A stretch of 64,000 nucleotides of DNA from Minisyncoccota bacterium (GCA_051306005.1 JBPPMJ010000003.1:97764-161763); one strand, 5' to 3'. Counted from the stretch's first letter, positions 47,557 to 57,437 are shown. Program-made: numbers and translations. The notes: a model not told the origin generated them from the letters alone.

Positions 47557-48798
47557 ATGAAAAACAAAAAAATTCAAAAACCGATCTCTTTTAAACCGCT
47601 ATACCTGGGCATAGCTATCATGCTTTCGGCATCAAGTTTTGTATATGCAGAAAGCATAACAAACCTTAGTGCTAAAAATGAGGAAAAAGAGCTGGAAAAA
47701 ATTAATAAACAAATTGACGCATATCAAAAAATCCTGGAGTTAAAAGAAAAACAAGGAGACAATTTGGAAGGTCAAATTACCGGATTGCAGGCACAAACTG
47801 AATCATTGAGTTCGCAGATTAATCTGAACCAGGAGGAGCTTAATAGTTTGACTCAGGATATTGATCAATTACAATCTCGAATAAATGAAAAAAGCGTCCT
47901 CATAAACCAGCAGAAAAAAATCTTGTCTGAATTGCTCCGTACATATTATCAGGACTTTTCTCATAGTATTACTCCTGCCCTTTTAACTCAGGAAGAGACT
48001 ATTAACTACTTAAATAATGCGAATTGGAATACAGATGTTAGTCAAAAGGTCAGTGAGCTTCTAGATTCTGTTCAGGGTTTGCGTGATAGCTTAGCTTCAG
48101 AGCAGAAGACTTTGGACGAAAAGAAGCAATCAGTGGATGATTTGCAGGAACAACTCAATGCAAGGAATGAATACTTGCAATCGTCTCAAGCAAGTAAGGA
48201 GCGTTTGCTTGGTCAAGTGAGTGCTGAGCAGGAAAAATACGAAGATCAAATTGATGATCTTGAAAAACAAAAAGAAGACTTGGAGCAAGAAATTTCAGAT
48301 ATTGAATCTGGGAAGATTAACCAGCTTGTTGGTTTGCCAAAAGGGAATGGGCAGTTATCATACCCGTTAAAAGATTTTCGCCTTACTCAAGGCTATGGAA
48401 AGACGGGATTTTCAGGAAACTATACATCTGGGATGCATAATGGCTTCGACTTAGCAGCTCCAAAAGGTACTACTGTTATGGCTGCTGCTGATGGAAAAGT
48501 AGTCGGAACTGGTGATTTGGGTGCTTTTGCTTATGGCAAATGGGTAACCATCAATCATGACAATGGATTAGTTACCCTGTATGCTCATATGTCTAAAATT
48601 AGTGTCAGTCCTGGAAAGACGGTAAAGAAAGGAGACAAGATAGGCGAGGTGGGGAGTACGGGATTTTCAACAGGTAGTCATGTACATTTCACCGTCTATG
48701 CATCCAAATCGTATGAAATCGTAAACTTTACCTCCGCAAAGGGAAAGAAGGGTCCAGTAGGAGCAAGCGTGAACCCTGGAAAATTCTTAAAGAAATAA
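47557..48798 (+). CDS. M23 family peptidase with an N-terminal coiled coil (EnvC-like)
   Basis: Signal peptide, ~250 aa coiled coil, C-terminal M23 motifs (HNGFDLAA...GSTGFSTGSHVHFTV). Confidence 0.8.
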   Translation: MKNKKIQKPISFKPLYLGIAIMLSASSFVYAESITNLSAKNEEKELEKINKQIDAYQKILELKEKQGDNLEGQITGLQAQTESLSSQINLNQEELNSLTQDIDQLQSRINEKSVLINQQKKILSELLRTYYQDFSHSITPALLTQEETINYLNNANWNTDVSQKVSELLDSVQGLRDSLASEQKTLDEKKQSVDDLQEQLNARNEYLQSSQASKERLLGQVSAEQEKYEDQIDDLEKQKEDLEQEISDIESGKINQLVGLPKGNGQLSYPLKDFRLTQGYGKTGFSGNYTSGMHNGFDLAAPKGTTVMAAADGKVVGTGDLGAFAYGKWVTINHDNGLVTLYAHMSKISVSPGKTVKKGDKIGEVGSTGFSTGSHVHFTVYASKSYEIVNFTSAKGKKGPVGASVNPGKFLKK

Positions 48799-48959
48799 AA
48801 TTAGGTATTACTAAACTACTGGTCTAGAAAAGAGACATGACTGTGTCTTATAAGACATACCCTGTATCGCGTCTCATTTGTCTCAAAAGCCTGACCCGAG
48901 AACCCTAATTTACTATACTGCCAGTACCTCTAAGAAACCCCTCAACAGCCCCATACTTA

Positions 48960-49260
48960 CAAGGTCTAGACCCGACTAGCCCGCCAAATCGTACTTTCAA
49001 TTTCGCTGAATGTAAAACTTGGAGATGTTTTTTTGACGAAGTTTGAATGCATTTCGGACAAAATCCGCAGGATTTTGACGACTAATCGCACGTGCGGAGC
49101 GCGTGGTGGCTCGAAACTGCCTCGTACGCTCGTATCGTCCCGCCACTGCCTCGCAGAGCCTCGGCAACCCCGAAAGAAAGACACCCTTTCCACTTTCAAG
49201 AAAAATTTCACCCCCGTCAATTTTCATTTTTTACGAAATCGGAATATTGTGCCTCTGTGT
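48960..49260. repeat. Mosaic intergenic repeat element, copy C (module 1)
   Basis: CGCACGTGCGGAGCGCGTGGTGGCTC...TCGTACGCTCG...GCAACCCCGAAAGAAAG... parallels 14565-14660. GAAAAATTTCACCCCCG is the inverted form of GGCGGGGGTGAAATTTC in copy A. Confidence 0.5.
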
Positions 49261-49386
49261 ACAATATTTGTAGAGGGTATTTTTCTCTTGACAGAATATG
49301 AGAAACATGGTATTTCTTGCATTACATTGAGAGACTTCTCTCGATGAGAAAAAGAATAACGTGTAGTTCTTTGACAGGAGATAAAG

Positions 49387-50010
49387 ATGATGTCTGCGAT
49401 GATGAGAAATCTGTTTTTTGATCCTGATGATCGGGATGCAATCATGCGCGAACGATGTGTACAAGATGAATATTCGCAACAGGTGGTGCAGTATTACGCG
49501 GTTCTTAAACGACGTCTTTGGGGTCGAATGACAGCCGAATACTTTCTCTTGTATACGCGTCGTTTCACCACACTGTGCCAAAGCGTGTATGGTGATATGG
49601 GTATGACACTGCGTGCCTATCGGACAGATACCATGGAGACTGTGGTACTAGGAGCGACACCTTGGCAAGTATCATGGGTGGATTATGACGTGAGCCAACT
49701 GGATGAACCAACGTTTCAGGAGATATTTGAACAATCATCGTCTGTGGCACTGACTATCAAGCCCGTGCAGACGGAATTGTCGCATTGTGCTACTGTCACG
49801 TGGATGCGCTCTTATCCTACCGAGCTTCGTTTTCGTGCTCAAGGAGGAGAGGTCTATGATGATCGTGGAAAATTTGTGCGTCAGGGGCTGTTAACATCAC
49901 TTCTTTTCGCCCATATGTTTTGCGACTCATGGTTCGAGAAGTCGTATCCTTCTACGCTTTTTCTCACTGTTTATTATCCAGGCACTTATCCATTATTCAA
50001 GAAAAAATAA
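49387..50010 (+). CDS. Hypothetical protein
   Basis: 207 aa ORF in a visibly GC-richer patch. No recognisable motif. Confidence 0.4.
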   Translation: MMSAMMRNLFFDPDDRDAIMRERCVQDEYSQQVVQYYAVLKRRLWGRMTAEYFLLYTRRFTTLCQSVYGDMGMTLRAYRTDTMETVVLGATPWQVSWVDYDVSQLDEPTFQEIFEQSSSVALTIKPVQTELSHCATVTWMRSYPTELRFRAQGGEVYDDRGKFVRQGLLTSLLFAHMFCDSWFEKSYPSTLFLTVYYPGTYPLFKKK

Positions 50011-50235
50011 AACCAATCAGGCGTACGATATTTCGTGAACACAACGAAGTCCGTACGCCTTTTTTCTCGCTTGTATTTAAGGGGGGTTGGATACTCGATT
50101 CAAATATTAGTGAATTTGATGTATTGAGTGTTTTTTAGTGTATAATAAAGAAGTAGAAGTATCTTAAAAATTTCCCCCTTTATTTTTTCGTGAGAAGAAT
50201 GAATATGTAAATGGACACTGTGTGGGAGATGTATA

Positions 50236-50793
50236 ATGAATGCCATGGTACGACATGAGAGAGTTGGTTTTTCAGAATCATGTTTTATCAATCATCACGG
50301 ACACTTGGTGTTTTCGTTGCGCGGTCTTGACTTCACTGGTGAAGAAGAGATACTGTACCTGGAAGGTCAGAGGTTTCGTGTCAGTGAGCAGGCCAAACAA
50401 ATGTTTCGGAGCAAAAATTTTGATGGTTATGATCAGCATCATCGCCTTATCCACGATCGGGAATATCAGGTTGTCTTGGTACCCAACAAAGAAGTTCGTC
50501 AGCGTACGAGAGTTTCTCTGTGTGCATACGCGGAAACATTGGGATATAAACAGATAACGCGTGCTGGTATACATCCACGGATACGAGAAGCCTTATCCGA
50601 TGAACAATTGACGGTGATGGATTTTTGGTATATTGCGGTTTTCCACCAACCTATTCGTATTGAAAATAACCGGCCGTATATTTTCGGATCTGGTCGTCAT
50701 GGTGGTGGTCAGCGCATGGGTGCTGGTTGGGATTTTCCAAACGCAGCATGGAGTGTTGGTGGGGCCTGCGCATTTTATTTGAAACAAGAATAG
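50236..50793 (+). CDS. Hypothetical protein
   Basis: 185 aa ORF, GC-richer than its surroundings, Gly-rich C-terminus. No recognisable motif. Confidence 0.4.
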   Translation: MNAMVRHERVGFSESCFINHHGHLVFSLRGLDFTGEEEILYLEGQRFRVSEQAKQMFRSKNFDGYDQHHRLIHDREYQVVLVPNKEVRQRTRVSLCAYAETLGYKQITRAGIHPRIREALSDEQLTVMDFWYIAVFHQPIRIENNRPYIFGSGRHGGGQRMGAGWDFPNAAWSVGGACAFYLKQE

Positions 50794-50819
50794 GGGTATT
50801 GTATTGATTCAAAAATACT

Positions 50820-50855
50820 ATCCGCATTGGTCAATGATCGTGCGGATTTTTTTAT
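50820..50855 (+). terminator. Rho-independent terminator
   Basis: ATCCGCATTGGTCAATGATCGTGCGGAT hairpin followed by TTTTTTT. Confidence 0.55.
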
Positions 50856-50916
50856 TGCTACATAAAAGGATGTGGTGTCGCAATGATCAGTATCATGATT
50901 TGTATTTTCAATGATT

Positions 50917-51795
50917 TCAAGCGTGCCAAACATAGGGTAAGGCGTATTGATTGATGATCGTCTTGCCCGTATCGGTGATAAAAATGGCAGGAATACGATA
51001 GGTATCTGCGAAAGCGCCCCCTGCCTCTGTGCCGGAAATAAAAATGGTTTTTGCGAGAATGTCTGCAGAAATGGTACTTGGCGCAATGACAGTGACAGTC
51101 AAGATATCGGATTGCGCACTGGTACCAGTGCGTGGATCAATAATATGATGCTTGGTAGTACCATTTTTTTGCCAATAACGCCTATTTTTTCCCGAGGTGG
51201 CAACAGCCATATCGCGGAGCATAAGCAAGAGGGTATTTTTGTTTGACGAAAGAGGATTTTCCAAATTAATAGCCCAGTAAGGATAGTTTTCTTTTTGATT
51301 GCTTCCAGCGACATAGATATCACCTCCGGCATCAATCAAGAAATTGTCAAAATGTGATGCGAGTAACAGGGCGATATGATCGACGATATAGCCTTTGCCG
51401 ATACCTCCGATATCAATATGTAAATCACGCGGTTTGATGGCCTCGTGGGTCAGGGGATTGAGTTTGAGGTCGGTAAATTGGACCGGTGTTGCTGTCGATG
51501 TCATCAATGGTGACCCATGGTACCCAGCCTCCTCCAAATGGTCTAAAATACTTGGATCAAAAATACCGCCCGTTTGTTGAAAGTAGAATTGCGCGCATTG
51601 CAGAATACGAAGAAATTCAGTAGAGAGGGAAAAGCGCGTACTCTGATTGAATACCCAGAGATCATTATGACTTTTAAAACGGCTGTATTTTTTTTCGAAC
51701 ATTCGTATTTCCTGAAAAACAGTGTTGAGTACCTGATGAGCCTCTACTTTTTGTGATTCCATGAAAATAATCTCACATAAAATATCTGTGTTCAT
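50917..51795 (-). CDS. apbE: FAD:protein FMN transferase (ApbE family)
   Basis: DIGGIGKGYIVD, AVATSG and THHIIDPRTG are ApbE hallmarks. Start placed at MNTDIL; the track extends to 51942. Confidence 0.8.
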   Translation of the reverse strand: MNTDILCEIIFMESQKVEAHQVLNTVFQEIRMFEKKYSRFKSHNDLWVFNQSTRFSLSTEFLRILQCAQFYFQQTGGIFDPSILDHLEEAGYHGSPLMTSTATPVQFTDLKLNPLTHEAIKPRDLHIDIGGIGKGYIVDHIALLLASHFDNFLIDAGGDIYVAGSNQKENYPYWAINLENPLSSNKNTLLLMLRDMAVATSGKNRRYWQKNGTTKHHIIDPRTGTSAQSDILTVTVIAPSTISADILAKTIFISGTEAGGAFADTYRIPAIFITDTGKTIINQYALPYVWHA

Positions 51796-51832
51796 TATTT
51801 CTCGCCGAACGATTTTACGGATATGTTGCCAG

Positions 51833-52303
51833 TTATTCCGCATAAGCATTGCTATCGGGGTCAGTATGAGCCTGAAGCATCGTCCAGACGAAATCATTGT
51901 TACCCGGATAGAGATCGATGACATTGGGTACGCCATCGGCATCCGTATCGGTAAAATATTCTGATTGGGGAATCAATGGATCGGGATCAATGGCGTTGAC
52001 AAGTGTATCACCATCGGTATCCCATCGGTAATCTTCTGGTGTCACGGTTACTGTTTCTTGTACGGGACGATATTCGATGACTTCTTGGATGACAAGAGTC
52101 GTCCGTGATTTCTTTTGGACAGCTGTTGTACGATCTTCCTCATCCTCCTCTTCCTCTTCTTCATCATTTTGCGCGAAGACGCTGGTAGCTGGTCCCCAGA
52201 ATATGGAGGGCCCCATGGATAACGCTGTTATAAAAAAAATCACACATATGATGGTATTGAAAAACGTTCTATCAATGAAAAGGGAAGTTTTTTTGTTACC
52301 CAT
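51833..52303 (-). CDS. Secreted acidic protein with thrombospondin-type-3-like calcium-binding repeats
   Basis: Signal anchor and a poly-Glu run (EEEEEEDEED). Two DxDxDGxxDxxD-like motifs (DTDGDTLVNAIDPDP; DTDADGVPNVIDLYPGNND). Confidence 0.45.
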   Translation of the reverse strand: MGNKKTSLFIDRTFFNTIICVIFFITALSMGPSIFWGPATSVFAQNDEEEEEEDEEDRTTAVQKKSRTTLVIQEVIEYRPVQETVTVTPEDYRWDTDGDTLVNAIDPDPLIPQSEYFTDTDADGVPNVIDLYPGNNDFVWTMLQAHTDPDSNAYAE

Positions 52304-52311
52304 AGATATAA

Positions 52312-52713
52312 TTAGGAACTCTTGGTTGTCGAAGATGACTTTGGCTTGGATTTGATGGTTGGTGCAACAGGCTGTTCAACGATTTTTTGTGTTACAATTG
52401 GCTTCATGACTGTTCGTGTCGTTGTCGTCTGGTTGTCCTTGATAAGCTCTGGCTGATTTTTAAGTAACTGTTCATATTGTGTGCGAGATTCTGACATGAC
52501 TTGCTCCATACTTTTTTTCTGATTTTCTACAACCGTCAAGTATTCATAGCGAGCTCTTTCCGCTTCTACTTGTGCCAGCTCGATGTCTTGGCGTTCGCTT
52601 TTTGCTTTGGTTATTTGCCGTGCGTGCTCGATAAAGAGTACCGCAAATGTAGGACTGACAAAAGCGATGACGATAATCAAGAAAGGAAAAATTTTCGTTT
52701 TAAGTGTATGCAT
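52312..52713 (-). CDS. Membrane-anchored coiled-coil protein
   Basis: N-terminal TM helix, a coiled-coil region, and a Ser/Thr/Lys-rich C-terminus. Confidence 0.4.
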   Translation of the reverse strand: MHTLKTKIFPFLIIVIAFVSPTFAVLFIEHARQITKAKSERQDIELAQVEAERARYEYLTVVENQKKSMEQVMSESRTQYEQLLKNQPELIKDNQTTTTRTVMKPIVTQKIVEQPVAPTIKSKPKSSSTTKSS

Positions 52714-53071
52714 ATAATAATATAAAGTATAATATATTCATCTCTTCTGTACAATGAATGAAAAAGACAAAAGTTTTCAGATAGCATGAAGAGCGGGTAA
52801 AATACACCTAATGTATATGGTGAGAAATTTTTTAGAAAATGAGATATCACCCAGGAGACCTCGCATGGGTATTGTTAGCCGACGCGATTATTCTGGGTGT
52901 TTTTCTTTATGATGAGTATCGTTTTAGTGCTTTTCATTGAGCAATCAGTTGCCGATAATGTAATGAAGAAATGGTTGTTGCTGGATATTCCTCAGAAAGC
53001 AGAAGTGTAATATAATCAAGACATCTTTGAAAAGAAAAAAAATAGTAACTTGATTAAGAAACAATAAACAT

Positions 53072-53542
53072 ATGGGACTGAAATTAAAACAAAAGGCGCC
53101 GGCGCTTATCTTATCAGATCAAAATGGTACACAACACACATTAAAGCAATATCTTGGTAAATGGGTTGTGTTGTATTTCTATCCCAAGGATGATACGCCA
53201 GGATGCACTGCGGAAGCCTGCAGTTTTCGTGATGGTTATGCTATGCTCAAACGGGCTTCTATCGTGGTATTGGGAGTATCAGCGGATTCGGTGAAGAAAC
53301 ACAGGAAATTCGCTGAGAAATATTCCCTTCCGTTTTCTTTATTATCCGATGAAGAAAAAATAACCGTGGAACGCTATGGTGTCTGGGTGCCGAAGAAATT
53401 TATGGGACGAGACTATATGGGGATTGCCCGGACCACATTTTTGATTGATCCAGCCGGAAAAATTGCCAAGATATATGAAAACGTCAAGCCAAATGACCAT
53501 GCGATAGAGATATTGGAAGACATGAAAACGCTGATGGTATAG
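53072..53542 (+). CDS. bcp: Peroxiredoxin Bcp (PrxQ)
   Basis: The VVLYFYPKDDTPGCTAEACSF active site is characteristic of Bcp-type 1-Cys/atypical 2-Cys peroxiredoxins. Confidence 0.85.
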   Translation: MGLKLKQKAPALILSDQNGTQHTLKQYLGKWVVLYFYPKDDTPGCTAEACSFRDGYAMLKRASIVVLGVSADSVKKHRKFAEKYSLPFSLLSDEEKITVERYGVWVPKKFMGRDYMGIARTTFLIDPAGKIAKIYENVKPNDHAIEILEDMKTLMV

Positions 53543-53628
53543 TCAAATGCCGACCATGAAGATCGTTTGTTGTTTTTTATGAGACAAAAAGAGTATAATG
53601 AAAGTGTTATAATTCATCAAGAGACTTT

Positions 53629-54366
53629 ATGTTATTGCAAGAAAAAGTGGCTGTCGTAACGGGTGCACGTCATGGTATTGGCAAAGGCATCGCATTGGCA
53701 TTAGCGCAAGAAGGTTGCCATATAGTGGTGGCAGATATTGATACCGCAGGTGCGATGGCAACGGCACATGAAGTGGAAAGTATTGGTGTCAAAGCTTTGG
53801 GCATTGGATGTGATGTGTCCTCTCAGTCAGCCGTTGCTTCTTTGTTCACACGAGCGATGGAGACATTTGGACACGTTGACATCGTCGTCAATAACGCTGG
53901 TGTTTATCCATCTGTTTCTTTTGCAGATATGCAAGAAAACGATTGGGACAAAGTAATCGACATCAATCTTAAGAGTGTATTTTTGTGTTCCAAGGAAGCG
54001 ATCAAAGTTTTGCCAGAGAATGGCAGGATTATTAGTATTTCTTCTATTGCATCATTAGTTGGCTTTGATGGGCTGGCACATTACTGTGCTTCCAAAAGCG
54101 GGATTAACGGTTTGACACGCGCATTGGCTTTGGAGTTGGCATCGCGCCATATCACTGTCAATGCAGTGGCGCCCGGAATGATTGAGACTCCCGGCACGCA
54201 GGAGATGAATGATGCGGTATTAGCGCAAATGTTGACAGCTATTCCGCTTGGAAGGATGGGTCAATCAGATGATATTGCGGATGCCGTCGTGTTTTTGGCC
54301 TCAGAGAAAGCTCGTTATATCACTGGACAGGTTCTGGTCGTTGATGGTGGATGGATTTTGCGTTGA
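53629..54366 (+). CDS. SDR-family oxidoreductase (FabG-like 3-oxoacyl-ACP reductase)
   Basis: TGARHGIGKGIA Rossmann motif, NNAG, the catalytic YCASK triad, and a PG motif. Confidence 0.85.
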   Translation: MLLQEKVAVVTGARHGIGKGIALALAQEGCHIVVADIDTAGAMATAHEVESIGVKALGIGCDVSSQSAVASLFTRAMETFGHVDIVVNNAGVYPSVSFADMQENDWDKVIDINLKSVFLCSKEAIKVLPENGRIISISSIASLVGFDGLAHYCASKSGINGLTRALALELASRHITVNAVAPGMIETPGTQEMNDAVLAQMLTAIPLGRMGQSDDIADAVVFLASEKARYITGQVLVVDGGWILR

Positions 54367-54584
54367 AAGTTTTCGGTTTGAAAAACTTTTCTTAACAGAA
54401 AAAGAGAAGATAATATTTTCACGGGGGGTAGCGAAATAGTGTGCGTTCAGGGAATCTAACTCATGCAGTTAACATCAATGATTTTTTTAGGAATTTTTTC
54501 TCGCAGATAGGTTACCTCGGTATACGTATCCGCCATCGGTATCGCAGTGAGAGCAACGCGGTCGAAAAGTAAACAAGGAATATT

Positions 54585-55253
54585 ATGATAACAGAGAAAG
54601 ATTTTCAATATTGGTTCAAGCCGAAACAATTTTGGAAGTGGTTTGCTTGTTATTACCCTGTTTCGCGCCGGGGATGGGGAGTGACGCTAGCACTTGTGGG
54701 TACCGGCGGATTACTCTTCGTGTGGATTGACCTACATACCAGTTCTTTGCTAAACACATTCATTAATTTTTTGCCTTGGGGCATTGTGTTGTTGGTAATT
54801 TTTGATGTTTTGTGTCTGCGGAAAGGAGAGTATCCGAATTGGTGGCGTCCACGCAGAAATCTCTATCGTCGTTTGCGCACACAGATACTGATGGCACACA
54901 AACTGCTTGATCCTTGGTCCATGCCACACTTCTTGTTTGGCATGGTCATGGCACTTTTTGCTATCGTCTTTTCCCTGTCACCCTTGTTTATATTTACGGT
55001 CATGCTTTCCCTTGCGATTTTTTGGGAATTTTTTGAATTGAGTGTGCGCTTGCCTGAGGCACCAGGAAATGGTCTCGTTGATATCGCGTTATCATTAATT
55101 GCTTTTGGTATCACAATTGCTCTTGTTGACCGTTCTGATCCGAACCCTCAACATCACGTGGCACTCTTTGTCGTGGCATTGTTGGTATATTTGACGGTTA
55201 ATTTTTTTGCATGGCGCGCACGTTTTGAGCAAGATGAAGATTTTCAGGGATAA
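54585..55253 (+). CDS. Hypothetical polytopic membrane protein
   Basis: About 5 TM helices; no recognisable motif. Confidence 0.4.
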   Translation: MITEKDFQYWFKPKQFWKWFACYYPVSRRGWGVTLALVGTGGLLFVWIDLHTSSLLNTFINFLPWGIVLLVIFDVLCLRKGEYPNWWRPRRNLYRRLRTQILMAHKLLDPWSMPHFLFGMVMALFAIVFSLSPLFIFTVMLSLAIFWEFFELSVRLPEAPGNGLVDIALSLIAFGITIALVDRSDPNPQHHVALFVVALLVYLTVNFFAWRARFEQDEDFQG

Positions 55254-56874
55254 ACAGACGGTATTTATGACTCAAAATGAAGCGTTGGCAATTTTGAAAA
55301 CAGGTGTAAGTGTTTTTTTAACCGGAGAACCAGGATCGGGTAAATCACATACTGTACGTCAGTATGTGCAGTATCTGCATGAACGAAGTATTGATGTCGC
55401 TATTACCGCATCGACCGGTATCGCTGCTACGCATATCGGTGGGATGACCATCCATGCGTGGAGTGGCATTGGTATCAAAAACGCACTCACCAAAAGTGAT
55501 GTACAGCGTATCAAGGAGTTACCGTATTATGCCAAACGTATCCGGAAAGCCAATGTTCTTATCATAGATGAGATTTCTATGTTGGATGGTAGAATATTGG
55601 CATTGGTAAATCGGGTGTGTCAAGAGGTGCGTGAATCTATGGAGCCTTTTGGTGGCCTACAAGTCGTGTTCGTGGGAGATTTTTTTCAATTGCCTCCGAT
55701 TGCGCGACACGCAAAAAAAAATGAAGATGATTTGTGGTCACAAATATCCGAAGAAGAAAATCATCTGGAATTCGCATTTCAATCAGAGGCGTGGTTGGCA
55801 TTGAATCCTACAATTTGTTATCTTACAGAACAGCACCGGCAAGATGACGCCGTTTTTCTTGAAGTATTGACAGCCATTCGCACCAATAGAATTACAGATG
55901 ACCATGAGAGACATATTGTTGCACGCGTGCACGAGGAACAGGATATCGTTTTGAAAAATACACCGAAACTTTTTTCACACAATATCGATGTAGATCGAGT
56001 CAATGAAATGGCGTTGGAAAAATTACCTTCCAAAGCATGCGCATTTGCTATGGCACTTCGCGGTCCCAAAGCGATGACTGATGCGCTAAAAAAAGGCTGT
56101 CTCTCACCAGAATTATTGAAACTCAAGGAAGGAGCGACAATTATGTTTACGAAAAATAACCCACAGGGAAAATTTTTTAATGGGACTATTGGTAGGGTAG
56201 TTGCTTTTGATCAAGAGTCACATTTTCCTATTATTGAAACACGAAGTGGCGTGCGGATAACCGTGGAGCCGACAGATTGGAGCATGGAAGAAGGGGGTCA
56301 GGTGCGAGCACGGATCACACAATTACCACTTCGTCTTGCGTGGGCGATGACTATCCACAAAAGCCAAGGAATGAGTTTGGACACGGCAGTTATGGATTTG
56401 CGGCAAGTCTTTGAATTTGGTCAAGGCTATGTAGCGCTTTCACGCGTACGACGTTTTTCTGGACTTTTTCTTCTCGGATACAACCAACAATCACTGCGTG
56501 TGCATCCAATCATATTAGCCGAAGATATTTTTTTCCGCACACAATCAGACAAAGAAAGCATGCTATTAGAAGAGATGGGAGATCGAGAGCTTGCGCAACG
56601 GCAGGTAGATTTTATACAACGTTCTGGTGGCAAGGTAGTCAAACAAAAGAAACATGAAAAAATCAATAGTGATGATCATACTATTTCTCCACTACAAAAG
56701 ATCCGTGCAAAACATCCCAATGCCTATCGCCCATGGAATATCATGGAAGATAAACGTCTGCAGAATCTTTTTGAGGAACACTTGGCATTGACGGATATTG
56801 CGCTGACACTTGGTCGTCAGCCAGGATCCATCCAGGCACGCCTTATCAAACTCGGTTTGATTGAGAAAGAATAA
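55234..56874 (+). CDS. ATP-dependent DNA helicase, Pif1/RecD family, with a C-terminal HTH region
   Basis: Walker A TGEPGSGKSH, Walker B IIDEISM, SF1B helicase motifs (VFVGDFFQLPP, ...HKSQGMS...). Confidence 0.75.
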   Translation: MKIFRDKQTVFMTQNEALAILKTGVSVFLTGEPGSGKSHTVRQYVQYLHERSIDVAITASTGIAATHIGGMTIHAWSGIGIKNALTKSDVQRIKELPYYAKRIRKANVLIIDEISMLDGRILALVNRVCQEVRESMEPFGGLQVVFVGDFFQLPPIARHAKKNEDDLWSQISEEENHLEFAFQSEAWLALNPTICYLTEQHRQDDAVFLEVLTAIRTNRITDDHERHIVARVHEEQDIVLKNTPKLFSHNIDVDRVNEMALEKLPSKACAFAMALRGPKAMTDALKKGCLSPELLKLKEGATIMFTKNNPQGKFFNGTIGRVVAFDQESHFPIIETRSGVRITVEPTDWSMEEGGQVRARITQLPLRLAWAMTIHKSQGMSLDTAVMDLRQVFEFGQGYVALSRVRRFSGLFLLGYNQQSLRVHPIILAEDIFFRTQSDKESMLLEEMGDRELAQRQVDFIQRSGGKVVKQKKHEKINSDDHTISPLQKIRAKHPNAYRPWNIMEDKRLQNLFEEHLALTDIALTLGRQPGSIQARLIKLGLIEKE

Positions 56875-57281
56875 AACAAGTTATTTTTTCTATGAACACC
56901 TTAGCGGAATATGAGTAGAGCATTGGTGTATTATGTACCTTTGAAACAAACAAAAGCCCTCAATGCGGGAGAGCGGCTGAATCCCTTGAAAAAAAGTAAC
57001 GGAAAAAATATATTTTTTCCCTGACAATCCAGGTGGGTTTCAATTTTGCGCATCTCCGTTCTGAAGGCTTTCATTTCGAGTATAGCATAATATGTGTATG
57101 AAGAAAACGAGTACGGTGAGCCCTATGATGTGATGCTCATTTTTATGTTTCAGAATGAAGGGAAATTTTCACTTCATTCTCTTACCGTGATATTGACGGT
57201 TATAGTAATTCTTGATACAATCACGACACGTTGTTTTTTGCATTCAGCCTTGTTTATGCGGGTATATAACAGGGTAAAAAT

Positions 57282-57357
57282 GGGCCCTTAGCTTAGTTGG
57301 TAGAGCGCCGCATTTGCAATGCGGAGGTCGTCGGTTCGAATCCGACAGGGTCCACAC
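57282..57357 (+). tRNA. tRNA-Ala (anticodon TGC)
   Basis: GGGCCCTTAGCTTAGTTGGTAGAGCGCCGCATTTGCAATGCGG...GGTTCGAATCCGACAGGGTCCA. Anticodon loop TTTGCAA. The 3' end / CCA position is slightly ambiguous. Confidence 0.75.
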
Positions 57358-57437
57358 CAGCCAATATTGAGTTTTTTGGATGTGCATGGTATCGTAGAAA
57401 ATGGTTGTTTTTCAGTTTACAACCATGAGTATATTGT

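Noticed and set aside
52077-52355. Plus-strand ORF encoding a poly-Ser run (SSSSSSSSSSSS)
   Set aside because: It is the reverse complement of the poly-Glu (GAA/GAG) tract of the minus-strand acidic protein gene. Antisense artefact.
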